DNA of 64,000 nucleotides from Patescibacteria group bacterium (GTDB lineage Bacteria > Patescibacteriota > Patescibacteriia > UBA10025 > JAHIVO01), in assembly GCA_028718605.1 (NCBI GenBank), contig JAQULM010000001.1:193699-257698 (forward strand), given 5' to 3'. The position numbers were made by a program, and so were the translations under genes. Under the pieces are notes generated by a model that was not told where the DNA came from, did no database searches, and saw only the letters and a program-made list of their open reading frames with translations. Positions 57,729 to 64,000 of this stretch are shown here, piece after piece. Numbering within the stretch: position 1 is the first letter of the stretch; every line of letters begins with the position of its first letter.

Positions 57729-58373
57729 TTAATAGCCTAAAACTTCTTTCACCAGGACCATGTGCAGCTTCCTCCCTTTCGTCGGGGGACGCTCGATAAT
57801 CAGGATTTCACTGATGACACTCCCCGGTGCACCCAAGCTCTTCATGTGCTCATCCACCAGCGGAAAGACGTACTCCCGAAGCCGCTTCATACCCTCGGGA
57901 AGGGTCGGCACGATTTTCTGCGCGCCGACGACCCAGATGACGTTGTCACTCGTATACGCGTACGACGGCAGCTGGCTGCCCGTAGCCGACCCGATAACCA
58001 TCTGTCCGTCCTCGGTCAGCGCATGGACGCTCGCGAGGAAGTAATCGGCCAGCACGCTCTTCTTGCGCAGTACGTTCTGCTTCACCGGGTCCTTTTCAGC
58101 AACAATATCGTTTTTCAGGTTCTTCCACGGGTGGCCGCCTGATTTCAGCACATCGACAAACCCGATCTGCTCCAATGTCAGCGAGCTGCCGGTCATCACT
58201 TCCGCACCCGCGGGAATCAGGCCCCGCACCGTCCCAAGCGCCTCCTCTTTGTTTTTTACAACGTGAACGATCACGTTTTTCTCCTCCAACGCGCGCTGTG
58301 TTTTATTGATAATGTCTTTTGTTGGTACTGCATCGTATTTCATAATGATTTTCTTTAGTGAATTAGCTTCCAC
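57729..58373 (-). CDS. LUD-domain (LutC/YkgG-like) protein
   Basis: At 214 aa, the segments ...VHVVKNKEEALGTV...GAEVMTGSSLTLEQIG...VIGSATGSQL... fit the family. Confidence 0.45.
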   Translation of the reverse strand: MEANSLKKIIMKYDAVPTKDIINKTQRALEEKNVIVHVVKNKEEALGTVRGLIPAGAEVMTGSSLTLEQIGFVDVLKSGGHPWKNLKNDIVAEKDPVKQNVLRKKSVLADYFLASVHALTEDGQMVIGSATGSQLPSYAYTSDNVIWVVGAQKIVPTLPEGMKRLREYVFPLVDEHMKSLGAPGSVISEILIIERPPTKGRKLHMVLVKEVLGY

Positions 58374-58395
58374 TCAATCTCCCGCGGACTGAAAA

Positions 58396-58896
58396 TTATT
58401 TTTCTGCTTGCGCCTCTTTCTTGCTGGGGTTGCTACTTTTCTTTTTTTCATCAACTAAACCATTTAATGCATCTAAAGTAGCGGCCGATTGCCAATATTC
58501 AATATTAACTGAATGTAAATATGTATTTGCCAATTTTGTATTTATTATTTCCATATCGTATGAAACGGTTTTTTCTAACTCAGAGATATGGGCAATTAAA
58601 TTTCGAAATTTATTTAAATTTTCAAGTTGCTTATTTAATTCCTTATCATCAAAAATTTTTTTAATTATCTTAACTTTTTGTATAAATCTCAGCTCGGCAA
58701 GTACATCTTTTAAAGTTTGTTTCTTCTCTAATAAGTCGGGATTATTATCGACGTTTAATTGAATAATAAGATCCATTACACTTTCAACAAATGCGTGATC
58801 CTTAAGAACCTGTATATCAATCTCCTTCAGGTATATTTTTTGTTTTTCGATGAGCTTATTATACACTCTATCGAAGGCTTCATTAAGATTTGTCAT
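58396..58896 (-). CDS. Hypothetical all-alpha protein with a HEPN-like Rx4H motif (KFRNLIAH), inside an AT-rich island
   Basis: Local GC is roughly 30 percent against more than 50 percent in the flanks. The motif is R-N-L-I-A-H. Confidence 0.45.
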   Translation of the reverse strand: MTNLNEAFDRVYNKLIEKQKIYLKEIDIQVLKDHAFVESVMDLIIQLNVDNNPDLLEKKQTLKDVLAELRFIQKVKIIKKIFDDKELNKQLENLNKFRNLIAHISELEKTVSYDMEIINTKLANTYLHSVNIEYWQSAATLDALNGLVDEKKKSSNPSKKEAQAEK

Positions 58897-58932
58897 AAAT
58901 ATTTATAAATTACGTATATTTTATTGTTTGTT

Positions 58933-59466
58933 TTACCACTGAACAGTAAGACTATGCCTGTTCATAAATTTTTCTAGAGTTTCGTCCCTATAGTAACGCC
59001 CAATAATATTAGCAATACCCACCTGAATTGGAGTATACCAATAACTAAAATTTGCTTTTTCACTCTGCCCACTTATTAACTTTCTTTCTGGAACAGGAAT
59101 AAAATACCTACCTCCGTCCAAAGAAATGAACTCTACTGACACTAATGCCTGACCGTTTACCTTTATTTTCACCGCTCGAACATGCTTTGTTTCATCAGGG
59201 TAATCTTTCATCCAGCCCTCCTTCGTCGTCCAATTATGGCCTACTTCATCGATCTCAATAACAAATTCAGGATGGGTTTCATACTGCCAGTTTGACTCGT
59301 CTCTACTAATATTTATTTTTTTCCACTTTTTGGTTCTCTTTAGGTAATACTTAACCCTTTTAATGGGACTAATATAGGTAATTATTGCAAGATAGCTTCC
59401 AATAATTGTAGCGATTAATCCTAAAATTGTTACTATCCACGACATCCAATTCATACATTCCCCCAA
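58933..59466 (-). CDS. Hypothetical N-terminally membrane-anchored protein, the first gene of the AT-rich island
   Basis: The TM helix is WMSWIVTILGLIATIIGSYLAIITYI. The gene is AT-rich and lies 36 nt upstream of the HEPN-like gene. Confidence 0.45.
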   Translation of the reverse strand: MGECMNWMSWIVTILGLIATIIGSYLAIITYISPIKRVKYYLKRTKKWKKINISRDESNWQYETHPEFVIEIDEVGHNWTTKEGWMKDYPDETKHVRAVKIKVNGQALVSVEFISLDGGRYFIPVPERKLISGQSEKANFSYWYTPIQVGIANIIGRYYRDETLEKFMNRHSLTVQW

Positions 59467-59586
59467 AGAGCCCGCCCGGCTTTGCTTGAGGCAATACCGA
59501 TAGCGGACGGGCGGGCCCCAAACTGAGAACCCGCCCTTTGCGTATTAACTACATTGAAATTGTAAATTAGTTTTCATGGCAGCATA

Positions 59587-61509
59587 CTACTTCTTTACTT
59601 CCTCATACTGCGCGTCGACAGGGCCTTTATCCTGTTTCGGGGGCTCTTGCTTTGACCCGCCTGGTTGCGCGCCTCCTGAGCTCTGCGAAGGACCTCCTTT
59701 GGGCGGTTCTTGCTTCTGGTACATCGCCTGCCCGATCTTTTGGATTGTCTGCGACAGCTCATCCGTCGCTTTCTTGATTTCAGCCATGTCATCCTTGTCC
59801 TTCACTTTTTTCAGCGCTTCAATCTTTTCCTCAACCTCTTTCTTCACTTTCGCATCGAGCTTGTCGCCGGCATCCTTCACCGCTTTTTCGGCGGTGTAGG
59901 TCAGGGTTTCCGCCTGGTTGCGCGCATCGATCAGGTCTTTCTTTTTCTTGTCCTCGTCCGCGTGCTTGGACGCGTCCTGCTTCATTTTCTCCACTTCATC
60001 TTTTGACAAGCCGGATGACGCGGTAATGGTGATGGACTGCTCCTTGCCCGTCGCGCGGTCTTTTGCTTTGACATTGAGGATGCCGTTTGCATCAATGTCG
60101 AACGTAACCTCAACCTGCGGTACCCCGCGTGGTGACGGCGGAATGCCGGACAGGATAAACTTTCCCAAGGTCTTGTTGTCAGGCGCCATAGGCCGTTCGC
60201 CCTGCAGCACGTGGATTTCAACGCTTGTCTGGTTGTCAGCAGCCGTCGAAAACACCTGCGACTTGGACGTCGGGATGGTGGTATTGCGTTCAATCAATGG
60301 GGTAGAAACATTGCCCAGTGTTTCGATGCCGAGCGTCAGCGGCGTCACGTCGAGCAGCAGGACGTCTTTTACGTCCCCTTGCAGCACGCCTGCCTGCACT
60401 GCGGCACCGAGCGCCACGACTTCGTCCGGGTTTACGCCGATATGCGGTTTCTTGCCAAAGAATTTTTCAACCGTCTCGAGCACTTTTGGCATTCTCGTCA
60501 TGCCGCCAACCATGACGACCTCGTTGATATCTGTCGTCTTCACGTTCGCGTCAGCGAGCGCCTTTTTGACCGGCTCAATCGTTTTTTCAATGAGATCGCC
60601 AACCAAGTCTTCCAGTTTCGCCCGCGTGAGCTTCACGGTAAGATGCTTGGGCCCGGAAGCGTCAGTGGTGATAAACGGCAGGTTAATCTCAGTTTCCGTG
60701 GTTGTGGACAACTCGATCTTTGCCTTTTCGCCCTGCTCTTTGAGGCGCTGCAATGCCATCGGGTCTTTGCCCAGGTCAATGCCCTGGTCTTTCTTGAATT
60801 CCTCGATCAGCCAGTCAATGATGCGCTTGTCAAAATCATCGCCGCCGAGATGTGTATCGCCGTTCGTGGACTTCACCTCAACCGTATCTGATGCGACGTC
60901 GAGAATCGAAATATCGAACGTGCCGCCGCCCAGGTCGTACACGGCGATCTGCTGGTTCTTCTTTTTCTCGAAGCCGTAGGCGAGTGCAGCCGCGGTTGGT
61001 TCATTAATGATACGTTTTACCTTCAAGCCTGCGATCTCGCCCGCGTCCTTAGTCGCCTGGCGCTGGGAGTCATCAAAATACGCCGGTACGGTGATGACCG
61101 CTTCTTCGATTTTCTCGCCCAATTTCGCTTCCGCGTCCGCTTTCAGCTTCTGGAGAATCATTGCCGACACTTCCTGCGGCGTGTACTCCTTGCCGGCCAT
61201 GATGACCTTCACGCCTTCGCCGGCATGGACGATTTTGTACGGCATGGTTTTCACGTCACGCTGTACCTCATCGTCGCTCCAGTGGCGGCCGATCAAGCGT
61301 TTGATCGAAAAAATCGTGTTTTCATAATTTGTGACAGCCTGCCGCTTGGCAATCTGCCCGACCATGCGCTCGCCTGCCTTGTTGATCGCAACAACAGACG
61401 GCGTGGTCCTGTTCCCTTCTTTGTTCTCGAGCACTTTTGGCTCGCCTCCCTCGATGATTGCCATCGCGGAGTTGGTCGTGCCGAGATCGATTCCTAGAAT
61501 TTTTGACAT
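59587..61509 (-). CDS. dnaK: Chaperone DnaK (Hsp70)
   Basis: The motifs [26 protein letters not shown] and [11 protein letters not shown] are present, together with the acidic C-terminus. Confidence 0.97.
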   Translation of the reverse strand: MSKILGIDLGTTNSAMAIIEGGEPKVLENKEGNRTTPSVVAINKAGERMVGQIAKRQAVTNYENTIFSIKRLIGRHWSDDEVQRDVKTMPYKIVHAGEGVKVIMAGKEYTPQEVSAMILQKLKADAEAKLGEKIEEAVITVPAYFDDSQRQATKDAGEIAGLKVKRIINEPTAAALAYGFEKKKNQQIAVYDLGGGTFDISILDVASDTVEVKSTNGDTHLGGDDFDKRIIDWLIEEFKKDQGIDLGKDPMALQRLKEQGEKAKIELSTTTETEINLPFITTDASGPKHLTVKLTRAKLEDLVGDLIEKTIEPVKKALADANVKTTDINEVVMVGGMTRMPKVLETVEKFFGKKPHIGVNPDEVVALGAAVQAGVLQGDVKDVLLLDVTPLTLGIETLGNVSTPLIERNTTIPTSKSQVFSTAADNQTSVEIHVLQGERPMAPDNKTLGKFILSGIPPSPRGVPQVEVTFDIDANGILNVKAKDRATGKEQSITITASSGLSKDEVEKMKQDASKHADEDKKKKDLIDARNQAETLTYTAEKAVKDAGDKLDAKVKKEVEEKIEALKKVKDKDDMAEIKKATDELSQTIQKIGQAMYQKQEPPKGGPSQSSGGAQPGGSKQEPPKQDKGPVDAQYEEVKK

Positions 61510-61544
61510 ACAACGTCTATCCTTTCAAAATTATTAATGATTGA

Positions 61545-62003
61545 TTAATGAATGTTTTGGAGAAAATTATCTGTTTTTTCCATTGCTTCATGGAGCGTGA
61601 GTACGTCCTCGCTCTTCACTGCCGCCTCGTCCCTGAACCGCAGCACTTCATCCTGCTCCAGGTCGGTGAGCGCTGTGGCGACTTTCAGGCCAAAGCTGCC
61701 AAGGGCAATGATGGAGAGCGCAGCGCTGTCGCACACTGAACATTTGATATACATGAGCGTGGCTCCGTCCTCTTCCAGGAGCACCTCGAGTTTGCCGAAG
61801 TCGTACAGCGTGCCGCATACGGGGCAGCGCGCATCGATTTTGATGCGTTCTGGCTTGCCGCCCGGCCGCTTGGGCATGCCGGGAAAATCGCTCCCGTTCA
61901 TTATTTTCATATAAATGCTTTTATAAATTATTACTGGCTGAAGTGAGGAGATAACAGCCATCGTTTTGCGGCTTACCTCTCTCGCTTCGGCCAGGCTGCC
62001 CAT
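61545..62003 (-). CDS. Hypothetical protein with two CxxC pairs (zinc-ribbon-like), inserted between hsp20 and dnaK
   Basis: The pairs are CPVCGT and CSVCDS. Confidence 0.5.
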   Translation of the reverse strand: MGSLAEAREVSRKTMAVISSLQPVIIYKSIYMKIMNGSDFPGMPKRPGGKPERIKIDARCPVCGTLYDFGKLEVLLEEDGATLMYIKCSVCDSAALSIIALGSFGLKVATALTDLEQDEVLRFRDEAAVKSEDVLTLHEAMEKTDNFLQNIH

Positions 62004-62026
62004 GGGCAGCCTAACCGGACGCGGCC

Positions 62027-62461
62027 TTATTTGGTTTTATTTTTCTTGACCGCGATTTTTATAGTTTTTGGCTTCACCTCTTCCGCTTTCGGGATGGTAA
62101 TCTTGAGCATCCCGTTCTCGAATTCCGCTTTTGCCTGGTCGCCTTTCACGTGCGTCGGCAGTGCGACGGCGCGGTAGAAACTGCCCATGCGGACTTCTTT
62201 GCGGTAGTAGTTCTTGTCGTCCACTTCAGACTTATGCTCGACTTTGCCCTCGATCTTGAGGACGTCATTTTCGATCGACACCGTCACCTTGTCCGGATCC
62301 ACGCCTGCGAGCGGGGTTTCCGCGATGACATTGTCCTTGTCGTGGTACACGTCCACTGCCGGCGTAAACGCCTGCATATTGCCGGGCATCATCGGCATGT
62401 CTTCGAAGAACTTGTCGACATCCGCCGTGTCAAACATTGGTCTCCAACGTATAATTGCCAT
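62027..62461 (-). CDS. Hsp20/alpha-crystallin family small heat-shock protein
   Basis: The alpha-crystallin domain reads ...PAVDVYHDKDNVIAETPLAGVDPDKVTVSIENDVLKIEGK...ENGMLKITIPK. Confidence 0.9.
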   Translation of the reverse strand: MAIIRWRPMFDTADVDKFFEDMPMMPGNMQAFTPAVDVYHDKDNVIAETPLAGVDPDKVTVSIENDVLKIEGKVEHKSEVDDKNYYRKEVRMGSFYRAVALPTHVKGDQAKAEFENGMLKITIPKAEEVKPKTIKIAVKKNKTK

Positions 62462-62503
62462 AATGTTGTTCGTTAATTAATTAGTTAGTTATTCTTTTAC
62501 AAA

Positions 62504-62531
62504 TATTGGGTATTGGAAATTGGATATTGGA
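62504..62531. promoter_or_regulatory. Four perfect-period heptamer direct repeats, TATTGG(G/A), immediately upstream of hsp20
   Basis: The repeat is tattgggtattggaaattggatattgga with a 7-bp period, followed by a TTGTAA...TAATTA promoter-like element on the minus strand. Confidence 0.35.
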
Positions 62532-62535
62532 TATT

Positions 62536-63042
62536 TCATTCAGCTACCTTCACCTTCGCATGCTCTAACACTTTATCGTACAATTTGTACCCGCCCTTTA
62601 CTTCCTCAATGATGGTACCGGGCACTGCGCCTTCGCGTTTTTCTTTCGCCACTGCGTCGTGGAACTCTGGATCGAACTTCTCGCCAACGGTCTTTATCTC
62701 TTCAATGCCGAGGTTTTTCAACAGGTCTGCGAACTGGCGTTTGATGTGCTCGATGCCCTTGAGCCACGTGTCATTCTTCCGGTGCTCCTCAGGGATATGC
62801 TGCCACGCGAGCTTGAAATTATCGTAGATGGGCATGAGCTCCAGGATGAGGCCGGCGTTCGCGAACTGTACGATCTCCTTCTCGCGCTTTTCTGATTCCT
62901 TTTTCAGGTTCAGATAGTCCGCTTTCGCGCGCTTCCACCCATCGAGGTACTCTTCCATCCTCTGCTGTGTTTTCTGGAGTTCGGTCAGCGGTGTTTCTTT
63001 CGCTGGCTGCTTTTGAACGTGCTCTGGTTGCTGGTCTGTCAT
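62536..63042 (-). CDS. grpE: Nucleotide exchange factor GrpE
   Basis: The segments ...RAKADYLNLKKESEKREKE...GLILELMPIYDNFKLA... and the C-terminal beta domain fit GrpE. Confidence 0.85.
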   Translation of the reverse strand: MTDQQPEHVQKQPAKETPLTELQKTQQRMEEYLDGWKRAKADYLNLKKESEKREKEIVQFANAGLILELMPIYDNFKLAWQHIPEEHRKNDTWLKGIEHIKRQFADLLKNLGIEEIKTVGEKFDPEFHDAVAKEKREGAVPGTIIEEVKGGYKLYDKVLEHAKVKVAE

Positions 63043-63060
63043 TACTATACAAGTTATATG

Positions 63061-63762
63061 TTAAATTTCTGTGAACAATTCCTGCGCGTGCTTCAGGAGC
63101 GCGAGGTTTGTTTCGTAGTCCATGCGCATCGGGCCGAGAATGCCGAGAATGCCCTGCTGGTCGCCCTTGCACTGGTACCGCGCGACGATCGAGCTGCACT
63201 CCGTGCCGAACGGGTTGTCGCTGCCGATCTTGATTGAAACGTGCTTATCCAAATTAATCACAATCTTCTTGATAACGTCATCCATGTGGTCAACGATGCC
63301 CGAAATATGGTACACGAGGTCCAGGCGCTGGAATTCCGGCTGGCGCACGAGATTGGACAGGCCGGTGTAATAGAAACTGTCCGCCCCGAATCCGACAAAC
63401 ACCGCCTCGCGCGACAGTTCCGCGAGGCTCTTTGCTACTGATTTTACCGCGCTCTCGTATGACTGGTTTGCCTGCCGCAGCGCGTCGCCGATTTCCCGCT
63501 GCTGCGCCTTGGTAAGCTTGATATCCTTAATAAAGTTCTCAATGTAGTATTTCCAGCCCTTTTCCGTGGGAATCCTGCCTGCTGACGTATGGGGCTGCTG
63601 GATAAAGCCCTCTTCTTCGAGTTCTGACATGTCATTTCGGACGGTGGCTGGGGATACGGAAAAAGCGTGTTTATCCACAATTGCTTTTGAGGCAACTGCC
63701 GTGCCGGTCAGAATATGCTCCTTGATTATTGCGCTGAGTAAAGCGCTTTTTCTGTCTTTCAT
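63061..63762 (-). CDS. hrcA: Heat-inducible transcription repressor HrcA, short form of about 233 aa
   Basis: The winged helix reads MKDRKSALLSAIIKEHILTGTAVASKAIVDKHAFSVSPATVRNDMSELEEEGFIQQPHTSAGRIPT. The ORF-track GTG start at 63795 falls inside CIRCE, so the ATG at 63762 is preferred. Confidence 0.8.
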   Translation of the reverse strand: MKDRKSALLSAIIKEHILTGTAVASKAIVDKHAFSVSPATVRNDMSELEEEGFIQQPHTSAGRIPTEKGWKYYIENFIKDIKLTKAQQREIGDALRQANQSYESAVKSVAKSLAELSREAVFVGFGADSFYYTGLSNLVRQPEFQRLDLVYHISGIVDHMDDVIKKIVINLDKHVSIKIGSDNPFGTECSSIVARYQCKGDQQGILGILGPMRMDYETNLALLKHAQELFTEI

Positions 63763-63788
63763 ACGCGTCCATAACCAGTATATCCCAA

Positions 63789-63815
63789 TTAGCACTCTCA
63801 GGTCAAGAGTGCTAA
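63789..63815. promoter_or_regulatory. CIRCE operator (HrcA binding site), a perfect inverted repeat
   Basis: TTAGCACTC-N9-GAGTGCTAA lies 27 nt upstream of the hrcA start. Confidence 0.9.
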
Positions 63816-63837
63816 TTATCGTGCAAAGGGGATTATT

Positions 63838-64000
63838 CTACTCCGATATCGAAAATGTGCTTATTAACCTATCCATGCCCTCTAACAGGTTTTTTTCCTC
63901 ATCAGTTATGCCATTCCTATCAATCACCTTGCGTAATTCAGTATCAGTTATGCGGTCCCAAAGTTCCTGGTCATCACTCGTACAGTCCCAATCTCCATCA
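63838..64000 (-). CDS. Hypothetical protein, 3' end only (5' end beyond the window)
   Basis: The frame is open to the window edge, reading ...DGDWDCTSDDQELWDRITDTELRKVIDRNGITDEEKNLLEGMDRLISTFSISE*. Confidence 0.4.
   Translation of the reverse strand, partial: DGDWDCTSDDQELWDRITDTELRKVIDRNGITDEEKNLLEGMDRLISTFSISE

Noticed and set aside
56951-57799. A 282-aa plus-strand ORF spanning the non-coding region and running antisense to 57242-57709.
   Set aside because: It has no RBS and a low-complexity composition (L/A/R/S-rich), it overlaps the more plausible minus-strand Cys/His-rich ORF entirely, and it reads through hairpin-rich intergenic sequence.
63795-63795. The ORF-track start (GTG at 63795) for hrcA.
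   Set aside because: The codon lies inside the CIRCE inverted repeat. The ATG at 63762 gives an N-terminus (MKDRKSALLSAIIKEHILTG...) that aligns with known HrcA starts and leaves CIRCE in the usual promoter-proximal leader position.

Overview
This 64 kb window looks like a gene-dense bacterial chromosome segment with a small-genome, Gram-positive-like or CPR/Patescibacteria-like flavour. That placement is inference only, based on sortase-type LPXTG surface proteins, purine salvage without de novo genes, IMPDH lacking CBS domains, a short HrcA, and many small hypothetical membrane or secreted proteins. The left 12 kb holds two giant LPXTG-anchored surface proteins, a CAP-domain secreted protein with a PT-rich linker, and a Big_2/Ig-like surface protein. 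These are interspersed with a previously unreported-looking palindromic repeat family at two loci. The centre carries housekeeping genes: uppP with a divergent PAP2 gene, an ABC exporter, kbl, a NUDIX hydrolase, rarA and a CofE-like F420-ligase-family gene. It also carries tRNA-Pro(CGG) flanked by half-copies of itself, a purA-purB pair, a guaB-add-guaA purine salvage cluster, a PPP phosphatase overlapping a DAGK-like lipid kinase, tRNA-Gln(CUG), dnaX and cysS. Further right is a VirB4-like secretion ATPase with an FG-GAP beta-propeller protein. It is followed by a membrane-anchored ClpB-D1-only ATPase and then dnaJ. A 900 bp non-coding region with strong hairpins follows, then an AT-rich two-gene island encoding a HEPN-like (Rx4H) protein next to dnaK, and an hrcA-grpE-hsp20-X-dnaK heat-shock operon with a perfect CIRCE operator. 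No CRISPR array, rRNA or recognisable transposase/integrase was seen.
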